From the NCBI GenBank assembly GCA_910587325.1, contig CAJUKB010000002.1, positions 32,349 to 96,348 of the forward strand: DNA of 64,000 bases. Direction: 5' to 3'. Source of the stretch: an uncultured Bacilli bacterium (GTDB lineage Bacteria > Bacillota_I > Bacilli_A > RF39 > UBA660). A program made the position numbers and the translations under genes. The stretch's first letter is position 1. The number at the start of each line of letters is the position of its first letter. This document shows positions 41,255 to 50,145 of the stretch, piece after piece. The notes beneath the pieces were generated by a model. That model was not told the origin of the DNA and made no database searches. It was given only the letters and a program-made list of their open reading frames with translations.

Positions 41255-42655
41255 TTATTTTTCTTTGCTTTTTCTATTTTGTCTTTTAGCTATAAATACA
41301 CCTATTCCAATTCCTAAAATCAAATCCACAACCGCAACTACTTTTCCAACTATGTCTTTGCTTACTTCTTTATCCATTAAAGGAATTTTAATGGTATCTT
41401 TTTTCTCCTCTTGTTTTTCTTCTATACTCTCTATTTGGTCTTCTTTAGTTTCTACATTTTGGAGACTATCACTATTTTTATTCGTTTCTTCGTTTTCTAC
41501 ATTCACTTCAATATTAGAACTATTATTATTTTCCTCTTTAGAAGCACTACTTTGACTATTTTTGTTTGCACTTGTTGCATTATTTTTATTTGTAGAAGAA
41601 TTTACATTCGTTGTTGAGGAAGAAGAATTAGCGCTATTAGAAGTACTTCCTGCATTCGAGTTATTTTCTTGGATGATGTTAAATAAATAACTATTTTTGG
41701 TTACTCCATCTTCTGCTGTAATCGTTAATTTACAAGTTTTAGTGCCATCTGCAATTGTACAAGCTTTACTTGTATGGTTTTGTTTATTACTATTAGTGAT
41801 AAAAGTAAAATATAAACTGCTGGCATTTTTATTCATTTTCACATCATATTCATGCGTATTAGGATTAAAAGTTTTGGTTAAAGTTCCACCATGTACTACT
41901 AAATTTGAAATACTTGCATCTGTGGACAACGTATTATTATAAACATTTTTACGTGTCACAGTAATCGTATAAGTTTTTTGGTTTCCTGCTTCCGCCTCAA
42001 CAACAATCTTACAAAGATTAATACCTACTTTTAAAGAACAAGTGCTTCCACTAATCACTTTGGCTTTACTATTGTTAACAATTGGGTTCCATTTTATAGA
42101 ACTAACCTTGTTATTTACAGTAATGCTATAAAGTTCTAAACTAGGATTAAATTTTGGAGATATACTTCCACTACTTGGAGTAATGGATTTTAAAGTGGCG
42201 TCTTTACTAATGCTACATGTTTCATCATAAGTCGATTTTGATACAATACTACCATTTTCTCCAAAATAATTTCCATAAGAATCTTTGACACATTTATTTA
42301 ATTTATAACTTAAGTTATGGACGGTATATTCACTATTATCAGTCATAGTAACTTCTATAGTTGCTACAGTGTAAGAACCTGTCATGCTTCCATTACGATA
42401 AAAATAGAACGTATTATTATTTCCTGTTTTATTTAGCCAAGAATTGCTCATCGTAATTTTGGTGATTTTTCCATTTGTTACTCCAATACTACCACTAATG
42501 GTATTTAGTTTGATGTTATCCACCGTCAATGTAAATTCATAGGTATTATTTGAGGTTTTCACCGGATGATTAAAACGAATTTCTCCTGCATTTACTAAAA
42601 CAGGCAATAACAAAAAGATAATCATTCCAATTAGATAATTTTTGATTTTTTTCAT
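41255..42655 (-). CDS. surface protein with cadherin-like beta-sandwich repeats, a Ser/Asn-rich stalk and a C-terminal transmembrane anchor
   Basis: The signal peptide is MKKIKNYLIGMIIFLLLPVLVNA. Two repeats (SITPSSGSISPKFNPSLELYSITV and LSNLVVHGGTLTKTFNPNTHEYDVKM) are followed by a low-complexity Ser/Asn-rich linker and the C-terminal transmembrane segment VVAVVDLILGIGIGVFIA. Confidence 0.55.
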   Translation of the reverse strand: MKKIKNYLIGMIIFLLLPVLVNAGEIRFNHPVKTSNNTYEFTLTVDNIKLNTISGSIGVTNGKITKITMSNSWLNKTGNNNTFYFYRNGSMTGSYTVATIEVTMTDNSEYTVHNLSYKLNKCVKDSYGNYFGENGSIVSKSTYDETCSISKDATLKSITPSSGSISPKFNPSLELYSITVNNKVSSIKWNPIVNNSKAKVISGSTCSLKVGINLCKIVVEAEAGNQKTYTITVTRKNVYNNTLSTDASISNLVVHGGTLTKTFNPNTHEYDVKMNKNASSLYFTFITNSNKQNHTSKACTIADGTKTCKLTITAEDGVTKNSYLFNIIQENNSNAGSTSNSANSSSSTTNVNSSTNKNNATSANKNSQSSASKEENNNSSNIEVNVENEETNKNSDSLQNVETKEDQIESIEEKQEEKKDTIKIPLMDKEVSKDIVGKVVAVVDLILGIGIGVFIAKRQNRKSKEK

Positions 42656-42680
42656 AATAAAATCCCCCTCGTACTACATT

Positions 42681-44186
42681 TTATTTTATTAATAAGCTTT
42701 CACTATCTTTCATTTCTTTTGGTTTTGCAATGTCCATATAATCTAAAATCGTAGGAGCAATATTGGTTAAATCTCCTTTTTCTTTTAGTTTGACATTTTC
42801 ATCTAGCAGAACAAATGGCACTTTGGATAAAGTATGCGTTGTCACTGGATTTTCTTCCTCGTCTATCATAATATCGGCATTTCCATGGTCTGCTGTTACA
42901 ATGACTTTATAAAAGTTTGCCTCTGCTGCTTCTAAAATTTTTCCAAGGCAGACATCAACTGCCATAACGGCTTTCACTGCTGCATCGTAATTTCCGGTGT
43001 GTCCTACCATATCTGGATTTGCAAAATTCACTAAAATAAAATCCACATCTCGTTCCATACAAGCGATTGTTTTTTTCGTTACTTCTACAGCACTCATTCG
43101 TGGGTCTTGGTCATAAGTTTTGACTTTTAAAGAAGGTATTAAGACTTTTGTACAATTTTCTATATTCCCATCGTATTCTCCATCAAAGAAATAGGTAACA
43201 TGAGCATATTTTTCTGTTTCTGCTATTCTTGCTTGTGAAAGTCCTAGTTTGGATAAATAAATTCCAAGAGGATTTTCAACTATCTCTTCGTCTAAAAATG
43301 AAATTGTTTTGATTTTTTTGTCAATAGGAATAAAACTATAAACATCTAAGTCATTATAACTTACAACTTGAAAGTTATTATAGTCTTTATTGGTGAAACA
43401 ATCAAGTATTTGTTTCGCACGATCTGTACGATAATTCATCCATACAACAATATCCCCCTCTTTGATAATTCCTTTTTGTTTTAATACAATAGGAGGCAAG
43501 AATTCATCTGTAACATTCTTTTTATAACAAGTGTTGATAGCACCATGTACACTTTTTGCTAATGCACCTGTTCCTTTTGTAATCAAATCATAATAGGTTT
43601 TCGTTCTATCTAATTTGTTATCACGATCCATGGCATAAAATCTTCCACAAAGGGTAGCAATACTTCCAACACCTTGTTCTTGCATTTTGTCTTCTAATAC
43701 TTTTATATATTTATAAGCATCGTTGGTTTTAGTATCCCTTCCATCAGTAATGAGATGGAAATAAATTTCTTTTACTCCATCATTCACTAAATGTTCATAT
43801 AGTTTTAAAAAATGGTTCATATCAGAGTGAACTAATCCATCACTAAACAAACCCATAATATGTACTCTATTTTTTTTCTCTTTGTTTTTCTTTATTAATT
43901 CTTGGTAATTTTCATCCTCGTCTATTTGGTTATCTAGAAATTCATGAATACGACTTGCATCTTGAAGTAGTTTTCTTCCAGCACCAATTGTCATATGCCC
44001 TACTTCGCTATTTCCAAATTGTCCTTTTAAAAGTCCAATTGGTTCTTCAGAGGCTGATAGCAAAGTATGAGGATATTTTTTCCATATTTCATTAAAATTA
44101 TTAGGCTTTGCATCAAAAATAGCGTTTCCATGTTCTTCTTCACGATACCCAAACCCATCTAGTATAATTGTTAATATTTTTTTCAT
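42681..44186 (-). CDS. gpmI: 2,3-bisphosphoglycerate-independent phosphoglycerate mutase
   Basis: The iPGM N-terminus ILTIILDGFG and the segment GNSEVGHMTIGAGR are present. Length is 501 aa. Confidence 0.9.
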   Translation of the reverse strand: MKKILTIILDGFGYREEEHGNAIFDAKPNNFNEIWKKYPHTLLSASEEPIGLLKGQFGNSEVGHMTIGAGRKLLQDASRIHEFLDNQIDEDENYQELIKKNKEKKNRVHIMGLFSDGLVHSDMNHFLKLYEHLVNDGVKEIYFHLITDGRDTKTNDAYKYIKVLEDKMQEQGVGSIATLCGRFYAMDRDNKLDRTKTYYDLITKGTGALAKSVHGAINTCYKKNVTDEFLPPIVLKQKGIIKEGDIVVWMNYRTDRAKQILDCFTNKDYNNFQVVSYNDLDVYSFIPIDKKIKTISFLDEEIVENPLGIYLSKLGLSQARIAETEKYAHVTYFFDGEYDGNIENCTKVLIPSLKVKTYDQDPRMSAVEVTKKTIACMERDVDFILVNFANPDMVGHTGNYDAAVKAVMAVDVCLGKILEAAEANFYKVIVTADHGNADIMIDEEENPVTTHTLSKVPFVLLDENVKLKEKGDLTNIAPTILDYMDIAKPKEMKDSESLLIK

Positions 44187-44237
44187 ATAATCACCATTTG
44201 CTTAAATTATACTATTAAATAGTTGAAAATACAAATT

Positions 44238-45428
44238 CTATTCCTTATTTTTTAATGATAACTTTGCTATTTCTACTTCTTCTATTGGTAAAAAATAGTA
44301 CTCATAGTTTTCGCATATTTCGTAATAAAAGCTGCTTACACTTTTTTCCCAGCGTATAATTTCTTCATATAGTTCTTTTTCCTTTTCAGGGTCAGGCATC
44401 TCTTTTCGACCTGCTACGTGATAACAAGCTAACTTTTCTAAACTATCCATGTTATATTCATTATAATGTCTTTTAAAGTTTCCACAAAAACAGATAATTC
44501 CTGCTTCTGGAGTTGGATAGGCTAAATGTTCTCCATTGTATTTCATTCCTCCAAAATTATTACGTGTATTGGATGAATAACTTCCATACATGCTGATTTC
44601 TGTATAAGATGCAGAAAGAGCTATACTTTTATCTTCTATTTTAAAGAAATCACAAATCTTTCCAACAAATGTACTATATTTTTCTCCTGTACTTAAGTAA
44701 AAACTATTTAAGTTATTATGAGAAGCAGTTGTTATTTTCTCGGTTGTTACTAATTCTTCTTTATTATAATCAATGTCTAAATCTCCACGATTAAGAAGAT
44801 AAATAAAAAACAAACAAGCGGATTCTGGAGATGTAATTTCATATTCTTCAGGAATTACATTTTCAAAATTTGTATAATGGTTTGTATAAGTTTTTGCAAG
44901 TTCTATTACCTTTTTAGCATCGAAATGAAAATATTTACTATATTCACGTAAGTAAGATTCATATATAAGATTTTCATCGTCTTCGTCTTCTGGGATGGTA
45001 TAAGATGCAATTAAATCATCTATTTCTTTTTGAATTTCTAAATCATTTTTCTCATATTCATTCTCTATATTGTAAGGGATTTCTATTTTTTCTAAAATCA
45101 TTTCTTCTGCATAACTTTTTTCAACATTTTCTTTACTTGCTAAAGCAGTAGTTACAATTATGCAAATTGCAGCAATATATTTTGCTTTATAAGAAAGTGG
45201 AAATCCATTTAAATTTTTTTCATATTTTTTTAATAATATATTACAAATCTTTTCATATTTCTTATTCACAATAAAAGATTGTGACATAGAGTTAATTATC
45301 ACAGGAGTACTTTTTATATTAACTCCTTTTGCAGAAATTTTATTTAATATATCTAGGTAGATGCACCTCCTAATGTACCCCCCCCCCAGGATACTTCCTA
45401 AAGTTGAGACATTTTTCACTTTCTTCAC
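44238..45428 (-). CDS. hypothetical protein with a G10 tract in its 5' end, possibly a C39-like cysteine peptidase
   Basis: It starts with GTG after the site AGAGGTG. Codons 14-17 (LGGG) are encoded by ctg followed by nine more G. An internal hydrophobic segment and Cys/His motifs (SPESACLFFIY, CYHVAGR) are present. Confidence 0.5.
   Translation of the reverse strand: MKKVKNVSTLGSILGGGYIRRCIYLDILNKISAKGVNIKSTPVIINSMSQSFIVNKKYEKICNILLKKYEKNLNGFPLSYKAKYIAAICIIVTTALASKENVEKSYAEEMILEKIEIPYNIENEYEKNDLEIQKEIDDLIASYTIPEDEDDENLIYESYLREYSKYFHFDAKKVIELAKTYTNHYTNFENVIPEEYEITSPESACLFFIYLLNRGDLDIDYNKEELVTTEKITTASHNNLNSFYLSTGEKYSTFVGKICDFFKIEDKSIALSASYTEISMYGSYSSNTRNNFGGMKYNGEHLAYPTPEAGIICFCGNFKRHYNEYNMDSLEKLACYHVAGRKEMPDPEKEKELYEEIIRWEKSVSSFYYEICENYEYYFLPIEEVEIAKLSLKNKE
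45378..45387 (-). repeat. homopolymeric G10 tract (C10 on the plus strand) inside the 5' coding region
   Basis: It is read directly from the sequence and is the only G or C homopolymer longer than 5 in the window. Confidence 0.9.
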
Positions 45429-45458
45429 CTCTTTCGCTTCGTAAGCACAACAGAAAGC

Positions 45459-45487
45459 ATTTTACTATACTTCACAATGCTTGTCAA
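45459..45487 (-). promoter_or_regulatory. sigma-A-type promoter for the G-tract gene
   Basis: On the minus strand a perfect TTGACA, a 17-nt spacer and TAAAAT lie about 30 nt upstream of the GTG start. Confidence 0.5.
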
Positions 45488-45554
45488 ACGAAAGAATCCA
45501 AAAAACGTCTTAAAAGTTTACCTACTTGTTTAAAATAATTTATTTGCTTTTTTC

Positions 45555-45586
45555 CAAATAAAAAAGATAACATATAGTTCGTTATC
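45555..45586 (-). terminator. rho-independent terminator after spo0A
   Basis: On the minus strand GATAAC-gaactatat-GTTATC is followed by TTTTTTATTT immediately after the TAA stop. Confidence 0.55.
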
Positions 45587-46366
45587 TTATGAAAATACTA
45601 CTTTATTTTTTAATCTTAAGTTGTCCGCTAACGTAGCAATGAACTCAGAATTCGTAGGTTTACTTCTATCAAAGTCTACACTATTTCCAAATAACTCTTC
45701 CATTACGTCATAATCTCCTCTAGCCCAAGAAACTTCAATCGCATGGCGAATGGCTCTTTCTACGCGACTAGCAGTTGTATCAAAACGATTGGCAATTTCC
45801 GGATAGATACATTTTGTAATTCCACCAATCATATCTGGATTTTGATACATCATGTAAATACTTTCACGAATGTATTGGTATCCTCTAATATGAGAAGGAA
45901 TTCCTAAAGCATGAAGCATTCTGCTAATAGCAATTTCTACTTTGTTGTCTTTTATATCTTCTTCTGGCTCATTATTTACAATGCCTATGATTCTTTTTTC
46001 TAGAGTTTGCATATTAATTGGTTTTAACATCAAATAATCTACGTTGTAAGGACTAACGAGTTTCATAGCAGAATCTTTACCATAACTTGTTAAAATCATC
46101 ACATTCTTTTTGATATTACGTTTTTGCATTTCTTCTAAAATACTAATGCCATCCACTTCTGGCATAATAATATCCATTAAAATAATGTCAAACTCGTCAT
46201 GGTGTTTTAAAATGTAATCCAAACCATCCTTCCCATTATTAATTGTTTCTTTTAAATTTATTACTGCGTGACTACTAAAATACTGCTTTGCTCTACTAAT
46301 AACTGATTCTGTATCATCAATCAAAAGTGCATTAATTGTTGTTTTCATCCTCTTCTCCTTTATCAC
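45587..46366 (-). CDS. spo0A: sporulation transcription factor Spo0A
   Basis: The receiver domain has DD and D (LMDIIMPEVDG). The C-terminal domain is near-identical to the Spo0A signature (HIRGYQY, TTASRVERAIRHAIEV, KPTNSEFIA). Confidence 0.85.
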   Translation of the reverse strand: MIKEKRMKTTINALLIDDTESVISRAKQYFSSHAVINLKETINNGKDGLDYILKHHDEFDIILMDIIMPEVDGISILEEMQKRNIKKNVMILTSYGKDSAMKLVSPYNVDYLMLKPINMQTLEKRIIGIVNNEPEEDIKDNKVEIAISRMLHALGIPSHIRGYQYIRESIYMMYQNPDMIGGITKCIYPEIANRFDTTASRVERAIRHAIEVSWARGDYDVMEELFGNSVDFDRSKPTNSEFIATLADNLRLKNKVVFS

Positions 46367-46469
46367 TATATTTTTACTGCACGCAAGTTCATTATAAAAC
46401 GAAAGTAGAAGAAAATACTAGGAAATGTTTTGTCTTGTTGTGTCAAGAGATGTAAAAATTTGTCGTTTC

Positions 46470-47171
46470 TTAGAGAATCTCAAAAACTTTACATATATTT
46501 TTAGGGTTATTGGCACAATTTCCAAGAAGATAGCCATCGATATTGTCAAGTTTTGCAAGGTCTTTTATATTATTTGTAGTAATTCCTCCTCCATAAAGAA
46601 TAGGAAGAGTAAAATTATAAGACTTATAAATTTCCTTTTTTAGTTTTTCTGCAATATTATCTATTACTTTTGTATTGATATCGTATTTCTCATTTATTGC
46701 CCAACAAGGTTCATACGCTAGAATAATATTTTCTCTTTCCTTAGATGTCAATTTTGTAAATATCTTTTTCACTTCTTTCTTTACTTCGACAATGGTTTCG
46801 TCCATCGTTTGGCGATTTTTTTCTCCAACGCATAAAACCACGCGGATATTTTCTTTCGTGGCATTTTTTATTTTTAAAATTATATTTTCAAATGTTTCTT
46901 TTGCCTCAAAGTGATTTACAAGAACATAAGAAATTTTCATACTTTTTAATTGACTAGCTAAAACTTCTCCGGTATGATTACCACTTTCATAAATCGAAAT
47001 AGTTTGACTTCCAATTTTGTAAGAAACATCATAAAAGAAAGGTAAGTAGATGCTCGTTGGAAATAAAACAAGTTCTAATCCTTCCTTATTTATATCTTTC
47101 AGTTTATTCTTGTATTCTAATATTTCTTTTAAAGTTTTATTTGATTTTAAATTACACATCAAGTACTTCAA
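46470..47171 (-). CDS. tpiA: triose-phosphate isomerase, divergent
   Basis: Catalytic Lys (NLKSN), His (VNHFE) and Glu (AYEPCWA) plus the YGGG phosphate loop are conserved. Loop 6 is altered. A TTG start is preferred because AAGGAGG lies 9 nt upstream. It sits between pgk and spo0A. Confidence 0.65.
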   Translation of the reverse strand: MKYLMCNLKSNKTLKEILEYKNKLKDINKEGLELVLFPTSIYLPFFYDVSYKIGSQTISIYESGNHTGEVLASQLKSMKISYVLVNHFEAKETFENIILKIKNATKENIRVVLCVGEKNRQTMDETIVEVKKEVKKIFTKLTSKERENIILAYEPCWAINEKYDINTKVIDNIAEKLKKEIYKSYNFTLPILYGGGITTNNIKDLAKLDNIDGYLLGNCANNPKNICKVFEIL

Positions 47172-48363
47172 TTTCTTCTTCCTCCTTGATAGCATCTATT
47201 CCTACTAAATGGCCTTTAGTTAAGTATTCAAGAGTAGCTCCTCCGCCAACTGAAAGGTAAGTTAAATCCTCAGCAAATCCAAACATTTTCGTAGCGCTAA
47301 CGGAATCTCCTCCTCCAACGACTACAACGGCATCTTGGTTCTTTAGTATATTTAATAATTCCTTCGTTCCGTTTGAGTATCTTGCTTCTTCATATCTTCC
47401 CATTGTTCCATTTAAGAATATGGTTTTACTCGTTTTTATGGCTGTTTTATACTTTTCTAATGTTTTAATGCCTACATCCATAATCACTTCATTATCTCCA
47501 ATTTCGTTAATTCGTTTATAACGAGTGTAGTTCTCTTCATACGTACTTCCAACAATAGCGTCAAGTGGAAGCATAAGTTTGTCACGATAGGTAAGCATAA
47601 TTTGTTTTAAAGTTTCTAAAGTTTTATTACTCTCTGTAGCTAGGGAAGAACCGATATTAAAATTTAGGGCTTTTAAAAAACTATTGGCAAGTCCTCCTGC
47701 TAAAAGTAAATGGTCACATTTTGGTAACATGGTGGAAATAAGCTCTAACTTATCTTCTACTTTCGCTCCTCCCATAATCACTGTAAAAGGGTGTTCGGGC
47801 GTTTTTAAAAAACGGTCTAAAGAAACAAGTTCTCTTTCTACCGAAAATCCAATACAACTTGGTAGGTATTTGGCTATTCCTACAACAGAAGCATGGGCAC
47901 GATGACTCGAGGCAAAAGCATCATTCACAAATACATCAGCAAGAGAAGCAAAAAAGGAAGAAACTTGTGCATCACAGTTTGATTCAAGTTTATTTGGGAC
48001 ATCTAAAAATCTTGTATTTTCAAGCATTAAAATATCACGGGGAAGCATAAGTTCAATTCTCTTCGGAAGCTCAGGGTCTAAAATTTCACGGCTAAAATAT
48101 ACTTCTCTGCCTACAAGTTCTTTTAGTCTTTTTGCTACCGGCTCTAAAGAGTTATATAACTTATCTTCTTCATTTTTCACTTTTCCTAAATGACTTAAAA
48201 TAATAATTTTACAATTGTTTTTAATAAGGTAACGAATTGTTTCTAAACTAGCAACAATTTTTGTGTCGTCTAGAATTCTACCATTATAAATAGGTACGTT
48301 GTAGTCACACCTTACAATGACTGTTTTATCTTTTAATTCCATATTTTCTATTCTTTTTTTCAT
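47152..48363 (-). CDS. pgk: phosphoglycerate kinase
   Basis: The PGK N-terminal motif VRCDYNVP and the C-terminal nucleotide-binding region are present. Length is 403 aa. Confidence 0.9.
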   Translation of the reverse strand: MKKRIENMELKDKTVIVRCDYNVPIYNGRILDDTKIVASLETIRYLIKNNCKIIILSHLGKVKNEEDKLYNSLEPVAKRLKELVGREVYFSREILDPELPKRIELMLPRDILMLENTRFLDVPNKLESNCDAQVSSFFASLADVFVNDAFASSHRAHASVVGIAKYLPSCIGFSVERELVSLDRFLKTPEHPFTVIMGGAKVEDKLELISTMLPKCDHLLLAGGLANSFLKALNFNIGSSLATESNKTLETLKQIMLTYRDKLMLPLDAIVGSTYEENYTRYKRINEIGDNEVIMDVGIKTLEKYKTAIKTSKTIFLNGTMGRYEEARYSNGTKELLNILKNQDAVVVVGGGDSVSATKMFGFAEDLTYLSVGGGATLEYLTKGHLVGIDAIKEEEEIEVLDV

Positions 48364-48383
48364 TTATAAGTTTCCTCCATTCA

Positions 48384-50138
48384 TTATCTTTTCATATCAT
48401 TAGCATATAATCTTTGGTAATATTCATTATTTTTTAATAAATTCTTATGGGTATCTTTTCCTACAACTTTTCCATTTTGCATCACGACAATTTGATTGCT
48501 TTCTTTTATTGTGGATAATCTATGTGCGATAATAATAATTGTATATTCTCCCTGTAAATTGTTTATCGCTTGTGTTATATTTTGTTGCGTTTCATTATCA
48601 AGAGCACTTGTTGCCTCATCAAACAATATGATTTTAGCATCTGTAAGTAAGGCTCTTGCAATTGCAATCCTTTGTCTTTGTCCTCCTGACAAGTTTACAC
48701 CGCCTTCCCCTAACTCCGTTTCGTATTTTTTAGGTAGCGACATAATAAAGTCATGAATACACGCTTTTTTACACACATCCTCAATTTCTTTCATTGTTGC
48801 ATTTTTTTTAACAATTTGAAAGTTTTCCTTAACAGAAAAATTAAATATATACGGATTCTGTGTTATAAAAGAAATATTTCCTCTTAAGCTTTCTTCTGTT
48901 AAATCTTCTATATTATATCCATCGATTGTTATTTTCCCACTATTTATTCTATATAATTTTGTAATAATATTAAAAATAGTTGTTTTTCCAGCACCACTTT
49001 CTCCAACAATAGCAGTTGTTTGGAATGCAGGAATTTCTAGATTTAACTTTTTAAGCACGTTAATCCCTTCAATATATCCAAAATTAACGTTTTCAAATTT
49101 AAAAGTACCATCTAATTTTTTGACTTTTAATGCTCCAAATTGTTCTTTTTGATATTTTCCATCTATAATTTCAAATACTCTCTCTGCAGAAAGATTAAAC
49201 GATTTTAAGACTTCTAGTAACTCTATAATTGTTACTAAAAAATCAAATACTTTATCACTATACATAAACAAAATAACAAAATTGGCAACAAGTAACATAT
49301 CATTCTTTATTAAGTAGATACATAATATTATAAATAATAAGTTAGCAGCATTTTTTAAAAACTCTCGTAATAGTTCATATCGTTTTGTCATTTCAGACAT
49401 TTGGTATTGAATTATATTTGCCTGTTTTAATTTTTTATAGATTTTACTTTCAAAAGCAGAATAACAATTTAGTACTTTGATATCTCTTATTCCTCTAACC
49501 AATTCCGAAACTAACCCGGTGTTGGCTTCTTTTACTTTTTTAAAATATTTTGTTCGTTCATATTGTCTCACTAGGTACATTTTTTCAAAGTAAAAAATAA
49601 TAGTTAAAACAATTATAAAAAAAATAAATACAATTTTATTGATAGTATAAACTGCAAATAAAATTCCCACATTTGTGATAATTACGTTTATTTTCTTAAA
49701 AATAGTTCTAAATATTTCTGCTATATCAGAGGCATCCTGACTTAATCTATCAATAAAAACTCCCGAAGAATTTGCATCGATTTCTTTTGTTTCTAAATCA
49801 ATCATACTTCTAGCCACTTCGACTTGTATATTTAAATAAGTTTCTCTATAAAATACACGTGAAACTTTGCTAGCCAAATAGCTAACAAAGCTTGATAACA
49901 TTCTCATAGAAACAAAACAGATTGCAACTACGATTAATTGTAGCCACAATTCATTTTGGATTTTTAAGATAACTTGGGCTGAAATAAGTGGAATAATAGC
50001 ACCAATTATACCTACTATAATGCTTAAAAAAATATAAGCTATAAATAATTTTTTATTTTCTTCCATATATTTATAGGCTTTTTTCATATATTGTATTGAA
50101 TCTTTTATACCTAATTTTTTCATGTTACTTTTCCTCAT
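48384..50138 (-). CDS. ABC exporter with fused permease and ATPase (MsbA/MdlB-like)
   Basis: Six N-terminal transmembrane helices are followed by Walker A GESGAGKTT, the signature LSGGQRQR and Walker B ILFDEATS. The start is set at an internal Met just after the gap stop. Confidence 0.8.
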   Translation of the reverse strand: MRKSNMKKLGIKDSIQYMKKAYKYMEENKKLFIAYIFLSIIVGIIGAIIPLISAQVILKIQNELWLQLIVVAICFVSMRMLSSFVSYLASKVSRVFYRETYLNIQVEVARSMIDLETKEIDANSSGVFIDRLSQDASDIAEIFRTIFKKINVIITNVGILFAVYTINKIVFIFFIIVLTIIFYFEKMYLVRQYERTKYFKKVKEANTGLVSELVRGIRDIKVLNCYSAFESKIYKKLKQANIIQYQMSEMTKRYELLREFLKNAANLLFIILCIYLIKNDMLLVANFVILFMYSDKVFDFLVTIIELLEVLKSFNLSAERVFEIIDGKYQKEQFGALKVKKLDGTFKFENVNFGYIEGINVLKKLNLEIPAFQTTAIVGESGAGKTTIFNIITKLYRINSGKITIDGYNIEDLTEESLRGNISFITQNPYIFNFSVKENFQIVKKNATMKEIEDVCKKACIHDFIMSLPKKYETELGEGGVNLSGGQRQRIAIARALLTDAKIILFDEATSALDNETQQNITQAINNLQGEYTIIIIAHRLSTIKESNQIVVMQNGKVVGKDTHKNLLKNNEYYQRLYANDMKR

Positions 50139-50145
50139 CTTATAG

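Noticed and set aside
41400-41700. A possible tandem DNA repeat array in the Ser/Asn-rich region of the cadherin-like gene.
   Set aside because: The region is low-complexity coding sequence without exact repeat units, so it is not a CRISPR or minisatellite.
46367-46469. A perfect TTGACA hexamer upstream of spo0A.
   Set aside because: The nearest -10-like element is 20 nt away. A separate TTTATAAT lies closer to the start but lacks a -35. The promoter or a sigma-H site could not be assigned confidently from sequence.
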